The notes beneath the pieces were generated by a model. That model did not search any database. It worked only from the letters and a program-made list of their open reading frames with translations, and was not told where the DNA came from. The position numbers were made by a program, and so were the translations under genes. Positions 12,458 to 20,245 of a stretch of 64,000 bases of DNA are shown here, one piece after another; the first letter of the stretch is position 1, and each line of letters starts with the position of its first letter. The stretch is from an uncultured Bacilli bacterium (lineage in GTDB: Bacteria > Bacillota_I > Bacilli_A > RF39 > UBA660). The stretch lies in contig CANRPA010000002.1 in the NCBI GenBank assembly GCA_947632395.1, positions 1,844-65,843 of the forward strand, in the 5' to 3' direction.

Positions 12458-13447
12458 CTATTTTCTATCAATATTTTCTTTTATGTAATTTAAGAGAGTT
12501 ACAACTCTGTCATATTCCATTCTTTTAGGACCTATAAGTGCGATAGTTCCCTCTTCACCATTTACTATATATTTTGTTTTTATAATTGTTACATCATCAT
12601 CAAAATTATTCTCACTACCTATATAAATATTAATTCCATTATCTTCTTCTTTAATACTTCCTACAATATCTTTATCTTCAAATTTACTAATTATCTCTCT
12701 TATTTTATCAGCATTATTAAATTCAGGTTGCATAAGTATATTTTTTGTTCCATTTACTTTAATAGACTCGTTTGCAAAATCACTAAATGCATTATAGAAA
12801 GCATTATATAATACTTCATGTTGTTTTACATATTTTCCTATTATTGGTTTAACTTGATATTCAAGTACCTCACTCACACTATTAATACTAATTCCAACAA
12901 TTAATTTATTTATTAAATCTACTGTTTGTTTTACTTCAGCTACTTCAACATGACCTGGTATATAGATATTTTTATGTTCAACATGTCCTTTATCTGTGAC
13001 AACAATAGCTACTACATTATTTTCATCTATTGGAATAACCTCAACTTTTTGAACTAAATTTTCACTTGATTGTTTACCCAAAACTATTGTAGTATAATGA
13101 GTAAGTTCTGATATTATTTCCATACTCTTTAATATTATATCATTTACAATAAGTGATTTATTGTCAACTATTGTCTGTAATTTTAACATGTCTTCACTAT
13201 TTAATTTTTTAGGCTCCATAATATTATCTACGTAATATCTATAACCCTTTTCACTAGGAACTCTTCCAGATGATATATGTGTTTTTTCTAATAATCCTAT
13301 TTCCTCTAAATTATTCATTTCTGCTCTTATAGTCGCACTAGAACATTTCATAATATTGCAAAGCGCTTTTGAACTAACTGGTCTAGCATTTTTAATATAA
13401 TCTTCTACTATTAATTTAAGCAACGATTCTTGCCTTTTGCTAATCAC
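12458..13447 (-). CDS. hrcA: heat-inducible transcription repressor HrcA
   Basis: N-terminal winged-helix KRQESLLKLIVEDYIKNARPVSSKAL. First gene of the grpE-dnaK operon. Proposed GTG start at 13447 lies 7 nt after GAGGTGAT. The track start at 13507 is a GTG inside the CIRCE element. Confidence 0.85.
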   Translation of the reverse strand: MISKRQESLLKLIVEDYIKNARPVSSKALCNIMKCSSATIRAEMNNLEEIGLLEKTHISSGRVPSEKGYRYYVDNIMEPKKLNSEDMLKLQTIVDNKSLIVNDIILKSMEIISELTHYTTIVLGKQSSENLVQKVEVIPIDENNVVAIVVTDKGHVEHKNIYIPGHVEVAEVKQTVDLINKLIVGISINSVSEVLEYQVKPIIGKYVKQHEVLYNAFYNAFSDFANESIKVNGTKNILMQPEFNNADKIREIISKFEDKDIVGSIKEEDNGINIYIGSENNFDDDVTIIKTKYIVNGEEGTIALIGPKRMEYDRVVTLLNYIKENIDRK

Positions 13448-13500
13448 TATATCACCTCTATTTTTATTATATAAGTTTTTTATGATTATATAACAATTTT

Positions 13501-13527
13501 TTAGCACTGCCTTTCTGTAAGTGCTGA
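13501..13527 (-). promoter_or_regulatory. CIRCE operator (HrcA binding site), promoter-proximal copy
   Basis: ttagcactg-N9-aagtgctga versus consensus TTAGCACTC-N9-GAGTGCTAA. Lies downstream of the -10 box. Confidence 0.75.
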
Positions 13528-13531
13528 AATA

Positions 13532-13560
13532 AGTATAGCACTATTTTTTAGCACTGTCAA
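13532..13560 (-). promoter_or_regulatory. sigma-A promoter of the hrcA operon
   Basis: Minus strand TTGACA (13555-13560), 17-nt spacer, TATACT (13532-13537). The -35 box lies inside the spacer of the second CIRCE. Confidence 0.6.
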
Positions 13561-13574
13561 TAGGTATGTGCTAA
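13548..13574 (-). promoter_or_regulatory. CIRCE operator, second copy overlapping the -35 box
   Basis: ttagcactg-tcaataggt-atgtgctaa: 9-nt arms, 9-nt spacer. Confidence 0.75.
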
Positions 13575-13602
13575 AAAATAAAAAAATAAAAAAATAAAGA
13601 AA

Positions 13603-14385
13603 TTAATTCCCTATTTTTTTAATTTTTATAGGTAATTTTTGTTTTTCAGTAAGGAATTCCTTTACTTCCTCTAAATCTACAAGATTAGATATTTTATCCA
13701 TTTTTCTAGATTTAGCTATTGCCTCATAATATTTATAAAGCCAATATGAATTTAATAATCTATTTAAATTATCATCATACCCATCTGTCTCAACTTCAAA
13801 CATATTTAGATTATCATAATATAATTTCATATCAGTACCTAATCTAATTAATAGTTCCATAAGATTTTCATTACTTAATGAATTTTCAATTGGTTTTTTA
13901 TACATCATTTGAGTTAATTTAGGGTTTTTATTGATTTCGCTCAATATATTTCTTATCCTTACTTTGTACATATTTTGTTCACATTTAGTCGTATTTTTTA
14001 AAAAATGTGCGATTTGTCTTGCTTCATATACATTTGAACACTTATTAAGAGCTGATGAAATATCTTTTTCTTCTAATATTCTTATTTGATTTTCATATTT
14101 TGTTCTTATTAAATTTATTTCTTTTAAATTTTCTTCAGTGAAATTTACTAATGGTGTTACTGAACATGACTCAGTATCAAATTCTACAATATCTCCTAAA
14201 TATAAAAGATTTTTATTTTTGTTAGTATAATCCGTAGTTTCTATTGCAATTTTTATTTGTTTTAATATTTCTTTATGTTCATCATATATTGTTATAAATA
14301 AATCAGATACATACAATGTTTCTAAATTATTATTTTCATACGGCTCATCATACTCTATTTTTGATACAACCCCTATTTTTTTCAT
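13603..14385 (-). CDS. hypothetical protein (260 aa), no recognised family
   Basis: Long ORF. Start moved to the ATG at 14385 (MKKIGVV), 6 nt after GGAGGA (plus tcctcc 14391-14396). The track start at 14418 has no SD. Confidence 0.6.
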   Translation of the reverse strand: MKKIGVVSKIEYDEPYENNNLETLYVSDLFITIYDEHKEILKQIKIAIETTDYTNKNKNLLYLGDIVEFDTESCSVTPLVNFTEENLKEINLIRTKYENQIRILEEKDISSALNKCSNVYEARQIAHFLKNTTKCEQNMYKVRIRNILSEINKNPKLTQMMYKKPIENSLSNENLMELLIRLGTDMKLYYDNLNMFEVETDGYDDNLNRLLNSYWLYKYYEAIAKSRKMDKISNLVDLEEVKEFLTEKQKLPIKIKKIGN

Positions 14386-14441
14386 AATCTTCCTCCAAAC
14401 AGGTGTATATATTATCATATAAAATGGATATTGTCAAGTTT

Positions 14442-14780
14442 TTATTTACACTTATATCCATAACTTTCATACTTTTCTTTTGTACTTTTTTTATCTTTAT
14501 CAATTTTTATATCTCCAATTAAGTTTGATGTTATAACATTTTTTTCCAATTTTAAATTATATTCTTCTTTATATTCATCGATATCTTCAAAATATTCTCT
14601 AGCACTCTCTTCATTATTAAATATCATTTTATCTATTTCCTCATATGTATTATTTTTATAATTAAATATTATTTTATTATGTATTTTTATATCCTCGTAA
14701 TCTTCTTTATAATTACATTCTAATTTTTTAGAACAACCACATAATGTTATTAACAAAAATAATAATATAATTTTTTTCAT
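14442..14780 (-). CDS. small lipoprotein, unknown function
   Basis: MKKIILLFLLITLCGCSKK: signal peptide with lipobox LCGC. 112 aa, acidic/lysine-rich mature part. Confidence 0.7.
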   Translation of the reverse strand: MKKIILLFLLITLCGCSKKLECNYKEDYEDIKIHNKIIFNYKNNTYEEIDKMIFNNEESAREYFEDIDEYKEEYNLKLEKNVITSNLIGDIKIDKDKKSTKEKYESYGYKCK

Positions 14781-14830
14781 ACTACCACCCTATTTAATAT
14801 TATGAAAAAGATAAAGCAATAATTACTACT

Positions 14831-15994
14831 TTATCTTAAAATCATATATATGAGTGCACCAACAAATATTAATGTCATTATTATTCCGTTTATTATATCT
14901 GATTTAGTACTTTTATATTTAACACCTACTGCCATTGAAAGCAATACACCTCCAACAAGTCCACCTATGTGCGCTAAATTATTAATACTTGTAATCATAA
15001 ATCCAATCATTAAGTTTAATAATATAAGAGGTATTATTTGACTCTTCATAACACCACTTAGATATACTCTATAATGATATCCAAAGTAAACTAATGAACC
15101 TAATAAACCAAATATTGCTCCACTAGCACCCACGGATATATAAGTATCTTGTAAAAATGCTAGTGTAAGTAAATTACCTATAATTCCACTACCTATAAAT
15201 ATTACACTATATTTTACTTTACCAAAAAAACTTTCAAGTTGTGGCCCTATTACATATAAAGAATACATATTACATAATAAATGTAAAATTCCTCCGTGTA
15301 AAAATATAGATGTAACGAGTCTATACAATTCTAGATTATTATTCATAGAATTTAAATTTACTAAAGCACCAAATTTATACAATACATTAGGGTCTAGTTC
15401 TATAAAATTACCAGATTCTAAAAATGTAAGGACAAAAAGTACTAAACTAATAGCCATAAAAATATATGTCATAATAGGTTTCTTTTTAGAAAAAACTTTT
15501 TCTGCCTTTTTAGTTTCTTCCATATTTTTTTGGTTTATTTCGTCTGTTAATTTTATAAATAATTCTAAACCTTCTCCAGTTGTATTTTCTATTTCTAATA
15601 TATTAGGAAATTCATTTATTATAAATGAATATTTTTTTAAATCCTCTACATCATTTATTTCTGCACACTTTATATTGTCATAATCTTTATTTTCTAAGTT
15701 TACATTTTCACCTAAATTAACAAATATTGAAAGTGTTTGCATTTTTATAGAAAACATTTTATTCTTTATTCTTTTTAATATTTGTTTTGTTCTAAATATA
15801 TCAAAATCTAATTGTTCATCATTATGTATATAACCAGAAACTATTCTTATTATTTTATAATCGGCATCTGAATTTTCTAGCCATATTTCATCTTTAGCAC
15901 CGTGTAAAACAACAGGATTGTAATTTGCTTCCGTTATAAAATAATGAAGTAATTTCATTATAATTTCATCATTTTTATTTAAAGTAATATTCAT
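14831..15994 (-). CDS. gluP: rhomboid intramembrane serine protease with cytoplasmic N-terminal domain (GluP/YqgP-like)
   Basis: Rhomboid motifs HGGILHLLCNM, GASGAIFGL (catalytic Ser) and AHIGGL (catalytic His). N-terminal GAKDEIWLENSD resembles the YqgP N-domain. Confidence 0.8.
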   Translation of the reverse strand: MNITLNKNDEIIMKLLHYFITEANYNPVVLHGAKDEIWLENSDADYKIIRIVSGYIHNDEQLDFDIFRTKQILKRIKNKMFSIKMQTLSIFVNLGENVNLENKDYDNIKCAEINDVEDLKKYSFIINEFPNILEIENTTGEGLELFIKLTDEINQKNMEETKKAEKVFSKKKPIMTYIFMAISLVLFVLTFLESGNFIELDPNVLYKFGALVNLNSMNNNLELYRLVTSIFLHGGILHLLCNMYSLYVIGPQLESFFGKVKYSVIFIGSGIIGNLLTLAFLQDTYISVGASGAIFGLLGSLVYFGYHYRVYLSGVMKSQIIPLILLNLMIGFMITSINNLAHIGGLVGGVLLSMAVGVKYKSTKSDIINGIIMTLIFVGALIYMILR

Positions 15995-16057
15995 AATAAA
16001 TCACCTCAAGCAATTAATATTTTAATACATTTATCATAATATGTAAAGAGGTGCCAT

Positions 16058-16492
16058 ATGAAAAAAATTGTAAGATTTTTCATTTTTTTATTTTCTTGGT
16101 TTGTAGGAATGATTATATTTAAATGGAATTCACTATTCTTTAATAATTTAAATAAACCAAGTTTTTCCTTAAGTTTAAATACTATTAAATTTATTTTAAT
16201 TTTTATTTATATATTAGTTTCTATAAGCATTTATTTAACAAAAGAAAAAACTTTTGAATATAAGAAAATACTAATTATAAATTATTTTTCTAATCAAGTA
16301 TTTCCATTTTTATTTTTTACATTAGAAAGTATTATCTTAGGTGTTATATCTATTTTTTCTATATTAATTAGTTCTATATTTTTGTATTATGAATCAAGAT
16401 CTAGTAAAGTATCTTCAAAATTGTTTATACCTTACATATTATTTAATTTATATTTATGTATTTTACTTATATTTATATTTTTTATGAATTAA
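16058..16492 (+). CDS. tspO: TspO/MBR family membrane protein
   Basis: 144 aa, 5 predicted TM. L.KPSF, LINYFSNQVF and SKVSSKLFIPY parallel Bacillus TspO (LEKPSW, LLNYIFNQAF, SKVSAWLLIPY). Confidence 0.65.
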   Translation: MKKIVRFFIFLFSWFVGMIIFKWNSLFFNNLNKPSFSLSLNTIKFILIFIYILVSISIYLTKEKTFEYKKILIINYFSNQVFPFLFFTLESIILGVISIFSILISSIFLYYESRSSKVSSKLFIPYILFNLYLCILLIFIFFMN

Positions 16493-16515
16493 AAAAGAGA
16501 AAAATTAATTTCTCT
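16491..16515 (-). terminator. intrinsic terminator closing the bacteriocin operon
   Basis: Minus strand agagaaaa-ttaa-ttttctct (plus 16496-16515) followed by TTTTT (plus a-run 16491-16495). Overlaps the stop codon of the last small ORF. Confidence 0.5.
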
Positions 16516-16675
16516 ATGTATTCCCATTACCAATAACTCTTATATATGTACCAGCAGTTCTTCCTGCCTGAATTACAAAATCCAACATATAATTAACAAG
16601 CGTTAACCAAAAAGGAATTGTTATTATTAATATAGTTGGCAATAAATATTTTTTTAATTTTAAATTCTTATTCAT
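16514..16675 (-). CDS. 53-aa single-TM protein, candidate bacteriocin immunity protein
   Basis: Hand translation: MNKNLKLKKYLLPTILIITIPFWLTLVNYMLDFVIQAGRTAGTYIRVIGNGNT. Last ORF before the terminator. No GG leader and no clear SD, so the weakest call in the locus. Confidence 0.4.
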   Translation of the reverse strand: MNKNLKLKKYLLPTILIITIPFWLTLVNYMLDFVIQAGRTAGTYIRVIGNGNT

Positions 16676-16681
16676 ATTATA

Positions 16682-16798
16682 CTATATAAAAGCACGAAAT
16701 AGTTTACTTAATGTAGTTTTAATATAGTAAACTAACTTTGATATATAAATACATCCACCATCTATATTTAATAATTCATTATTTTTTAATTCTACCAT
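16682..16798 (-). CDS. double-glycine-leader peptide C (38 aa): short cationic bacteriocin or pheromone-like peptide
   Basis: Hand translation: MVELKNNELLNIDGG|CIYISKLVYYIKTTLSKLFRAFI. Leader is hydrophobic at -4/-7/-12 and ends in GG. GGTGGA SD just upstream. Not in ORF track (<60 aa). Confidence 0.7.
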   Translation of the reverse strand: MVELKNNELLNIDGGCIYISKLVYYIKTTLSKLFRAFI

Positions 16799-16808
16799 AT
16801 TCCACCTA

Positions 16809-16976
16809 CTAAACCTTACAAACGTTTCCACTAATTGTTCTTCTAATTGCTGAACCTAGACTTTTACCTAAATCTATTATAACAGTGATTGCACGTGTCA
16901 CTGCATTTATAAGTGTTGCGCTAATTGTTGCTCCTCCAACTACATCTAATAATTCTTCTTTTCTTAATTCTACCAT
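16809..16976 (-). CDS. double-glycine-leader bacteriocin precursor B (55 aa)
   Basis: Hand translation: MVELRKEELLDVVGG|ATISATLINAVTRAITVIIDLGKSLGSAIRRTISGNVCKV. GGAGGT SD (plus 16982-16987). GxxxG motif GKSLG. Confidence 0.8.
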   Translation of the reverse strand: MVELRKEELLDVVGGATISATLINAVTRAITVIIDLGKSLGSAIRRTISGNVCKV

Positions 16977-16985
16977 AATGACCTC

Positions 16986-17129
16986 CTAATAATTACACTT
17001 TAATGGTCTTACTAAACCATCGATAACTCCAATTATAAATGCTATACCTGCAGCTATTCCCGCAAGTATGCTAAAACTAAAACCACCGCCACTTATTTCT
17101 TTTAATTCTTCATTAGTTAAATTTTTCAT
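16986..17129 (-). CDS. double-glycine-leader bacteriocin precursor A (47 aa)
   Basis: Codon-by-codon hand translation: MKNLTNEELKEISGG|GFSFSILAGIAAGIAFIIGVIDGLVRPLKCNY. GGAG SD. GxxxG motifs G9-G13 and G19-G23 of the mature part. Confidence 0.8.
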   Translation of the reverse strand: MKNLTNEELKEISGGGFSFSILAGIAAGIAFIIGVIDGLVRPLKCNY

Positions 17130-17508
17130 ATTTTAATTTTTCTCCTTTTCTAATTAGTGTATTAAATATACTTTTTTTACTTGATATATTTACAAGCAAT
17201 ACATTGTTATCATATTTTATATCATCTTCTAAATTTAATTTTAATATATACCTGTCTTCTAATTTTTTGATTATTTTAAAATCATATAATTTGTTGTTTA
17301 TATACAATTTTTTATTTGAAAGATCACTATTTGTATACAATATTAAAACAAAATTATGATTCATATTTTTAATAACGCCACCATAACTTTTAATGATATT
17401 TATTGGTATAAAACTTAAGATTATTAATGCTAAAGGAATATATTGAGTAAAAGTTAAAATTATATGCGCAATATTATAAATCATTAAATTATCCATTTTT
17501 ATAAACAT
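17113..17508 (-). CDS. 131-aa membrane-anchored protein: candidate minimal export accessory or immunity protein
   Basis: GGAGGAG SD 6 nt before the ATG, inside the end of the ABC gene. N-terminal hydrophobic segment(s), then a beta-rich domain. Sits where HlyD-type accessory or immunity genes sit in class II loci. 3' end overlaps peptide A start by 17 nt. Confidence 0.6.
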   Translation of the reverse strand: MFIKMDNLMIYNIAHIILTFTQYIPLALIILSFIPINIIKSYGGVIKNMNHNFVLILYTNSDLSNKKLYINNKLYDFKIIKKLEDRYILKLNLEDDIKYDNNVLLVNISSKKSIFNTLIRKGEKLKYEKFN

Positions 17509-19561
17509 TTTTTACTCCTCCTTTTTCTATTTTTACTAGATTATCAAATAAATCTAAATTGTCTAATCTATGAGAAATCATTATTATAGTTTTGTCCTTG
17601 TATACTTTAAATAATTTTTTCAAGATTTTTCTTTCTAAATCTACATCTACTTGACTTAATCCTTCATCAATTATAAGAATATTAAATGATTTTAAAAGAC
17701 TTCTTGCGAGGATTATTCTTTGTTTCTCACCTCCAGATAAATTAAATCCATTTTCTTCTATAAGCATATTAAATCCTAAATTGTTATCAATTATTTCATT
17801 TAAACAACATATATCTTTTACTATATCAAGATTTTTTGAATTACTACCATCAAAAATTAAATTATTATAAAGTGTATCATTAAATAAAATTTCATTTTGA
17901 CTTATATAAAGGATATTATTATTAATAGTATCAACTTTATATTTATTTAAATCTATATTATTTATAAATATACAATTATCATTTATATTATAATATTTCA
18001 TTAATATTTTAAATAAAGTACTTTTACCACTACCACTTTTTCCTACTACCATTACTTTAGAATTCTTTTTAATTTTTAAATTTATATTTTTTAATATATA
18101 ATCCCTATCATTATAAGTATAATTAGTGTTTTTAAATTCTATATCGCCATTTTCAAAGTTAATAATACTTCCAAACTCATCTTTTTTATAAGTTACTATA
18201 TCAAGTACTCTTCTGAGAGAATTTTTAGCTTCTTTTATAGTATTATCTAAATCGATAATATTTTTTATTGGTTCTAAAAAGTATATAAGAAGTGATGAAA
18301 AAGTAAAAAGTTCTCCCAATGTAAGTTTACCATCTAAAACTAAAATACATCCTATTAGCATTATAAATATAAAACCTATATTATTTATAACATCTTTTAA
18401 TAAATTTTGTTTAAAATAAACTTTTTGAAATTTAAATATATCATTTACAAACTTTTTATACTTAGTTTCAAATTTATTTATTACACTACCTTCTAAATGT
18501 AATCCTTTAATAGTTTCAAATCCACCAATAGATTCTACCATATATGAATTTGTTTCACCTTTTTTTATTTGTATCTTTTTTACATAATCATTAAATAATT
18601 TTCTAAATAAAACTATTATAATAAAATATAAAATTAATATGGCTAGTCCAATTAAAAATAGTATTTTATTTATTAGAAATAAAACTATTAATGATATAAA
18701 CGTAAGTGGTAAATCTATAAAAAGTGATAAAGATACTCTGCTAATCATTTCTCTTATATTATCTAAGTCATTTATTCTAGATATTACATCTCCTGTTGTT
18801 CTATTTTTGTAGTAGTAATAAGGAAGTTTTATAATTTTATTATAAATATCTAAAGTGAGTGCAAAATCAAGTTTTTGATTAATTAAAGCAAGAAATTTAT
18901 TTCTAAAATAATCTAATACTATTTTAAAAATGTATATAAGGAAAAATGTATAAAAAACTTTAAATAAATATTTTTTAGAAAATAAATTAACACCATTAAT
19001 CATATACTCTGTGTAAAAACTTGTTAATATAGATAAAACAGTTATAAAAATTGATAAAATAAAGATTGATAATAAAATTTTTTTAAATGGGGTTATTAAG
19101 TCTTTTACAAATTTTAAAAGTGAAATATCTTTTTCCATGGGTAAATTCTTTATGGGGTAACCAGTTATTAATACTTCATTAAAAATTTCGTTAAACTGTT
19201 CAAATGACATTTTCTTTACTTTATCTGCGGGATCTCCTATAATTAAATATTTTTTATCAAAGTTAATTTCATATATTACTACAAAGTGTTTATAGGATTT
19301 ATCAATTATAACGTTTGCTATACAAGGTAATTGAATATTAATAATATCTTTTAATTCGCATCTAATTCCCTTTGACTCAAAGCCCAAGTTAATTAAAGTT
19401 TCCTTTAAATGATATGCAGTTGTTCCTTCTTTATTTGTTTTTGTCATATCAATTAAGGTATTTTTGCGTACGTGGCCACCATAATATTTAATTATCATTT
19501 GTAAACAAGCTACTCCACAATCTTTAACTTCATCTTGCAGAACAATTGAATATTTTTTTAT
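17489..19561 (-). CDS. bacteriocin-processing ABC exporter with N-terminal C39 peptidase domain (ComA/LagD type)
   Basis: C39 His/Asp context (KHFVVIYEI, IIGDPAD), 6-TM ABC domain, Walker A GKSGSGKST, signature LSGGEKQR, Walker B ILIIDE. The first ATG (19498) would omit the catalytic Cys motif QDEVKDCGVACLQ, which is encoded in frame upstream. 5' end placed at ATA 19559-19561, 7 nt after GGAGG. Confidence 0.85.
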   Translation of the reverse strand: MKKYSIVLQDEVKDCGVACLQMIIKYYGGHVRKNTLIDMTKTNKEGTTAYHLKETLINLGFESKGIRCELKDIINIQLPCIANVIIDKSYKHFVVIYEINFDKKYLIIGDPADKVKKMSFEQFNEIFNEVLITGYPIKNLPMEKDISLLKFVKDLITPFKKILLSIFILSIFITVLSILTSFYTEYMINGVNLFSKKYLFKVFYTFFLIYIFKIVLDYFRNKFLALINQKLDFALTLDIYNKIIKLPYYYYKNRTTGDVISRINDLDNIREMISRVSLSLFIDLPLTFISLIVLFLINKILFLIGLAILILYFIIIVLFRKLFNDYVKKIQIKKGETNSYMVESIGGFETIKGLHLEGSVINKFETKYKKFVNDIFKFQKVYFKQNLLKDVINNIGFIFIMLIGCILVLDGKLTLGELFTFSSLLIYFLEPIKNIIDLDNTIKEAKNSLRRVLDIVTYKKDEFGSIINFENGDIEFKNTNYTYNDRDYILKNINLKIKKNSKVMVVGKSGSGKSTLFKILMKYYNINDNCIFINNIDLNKYKVDTINNNILYISQNEILFNDTLYNNLIFDGSNSKNLDIVKDICCLNEIIDNNLGFNMLIEENGFNLSGGEKQRIILARSLLKSFNILIIDEGLSQVDVDLERKILKKLFKVYKDKTIIMISHRLDNLDLFDNLVKIEKGGVKNVYKNG

Positions 19562-19711
19562 ATTATCACCTCCTCACCTATATTATTCCATGCTGATATA
19601 TCTATTTCCTTTTTTTATCATGAAAAAAATTTAAAAAAATGAAATTTCTCTCATTTTTTGCTATTAAATTTATATTTTAAATAAAAAAAAATTTAGATAA
19701 TTAAATCTAAA

Positions 19712-20128
19712 TTAATATAATTTTACAAATACACTAGTATCTTTTATTTTAAATTTTTTACTTTTATAAAATTCTTGAGCATCTGTTCTATGATTACCTG
19801 ATGTAATCTCTACATAATTTATCTTATTTTCTTTTACCATTTCTTCTACTTTTTCAAATAGTTTTGATGCATAACCATTCTTTCTATAATCTTTAAGTAC
19901 TCCAAAATAAGACAAGTGATAATATTTTTCATTTTTAATATATTCAAAATATTCTTCTACAACTACTGAAGCAATAACTTTATTATCATCTTTTATTACT
20001 AATACTTTATGTTTTTTCATTAATTTTTCTATTAATTCTTGTTTAATATCATAATCAAATGTTTCCTTTATATATTCAATATAACTTTTTATATCTTTTT
20101 TCTTTAATGTTTCTACTTTTTTATCCAT
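19712..20128 (-). CDS. GNAT family N-acetyltransferase
   Basis: 138 aa. Acetyl-CoA binding region YFGVLKDYRKNGYASKLFEKVEE (R/Q-x-x-G-x-A pattern). Confidence 0.75.
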   Translation of the reverse strand: MDKKVETLKKKDIKSYIEYIKETFDYDIKQELIEKLMKKHKVLVIKDDNKVIASVVVEEYFEYIKNEKYYHLSYFGVLKDYRKNGYASKLFEKVEEMVKENKINYVEITSGNHRTDAQEFYKSKKFKIKDTSVFVKLY

Positions 20129-20245
20129 ACAAATCTACCTTCCTTTTTCATCTGTTTCAAATTGAACATACTCTGATTTAATTATAACAATTTTTTTGCT
20201 TTTTTACTAGATATTCACTAATACTACAAGAAAAAAACTGTCTAA

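Noticed and set aside
13448-13507. The 20-codon N-terminal extension of hrcA given by the longest ORF.
   Set aside because: Its start codon is a GTG formed by the CIRCE half-site (ttaGCACtg) downstream of the -10 box. It has no SD, and the extension (MLKNCYIIIKNLYNKNRGDI) is not HrcA-like.
16058-16492. Considered the plus-strand 144-aa membrane protein as the bacteriocin immunity gene because it abuts the locus.
   Set aside because: It is on the opposite strand and outside the terminator-bounded operon. Its sequence aligns motif-for-motif with TspO/MBR proteins.
16491-19712. Checked whether the bacteriocin locus is a mobile island (flanking direct repeats, integrase, transposase, tRNA target).
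   Set aside because: No recombinase gene, tRNA or convincing flanking repeat is visible by eye. Mobility cannot be supported from this window.
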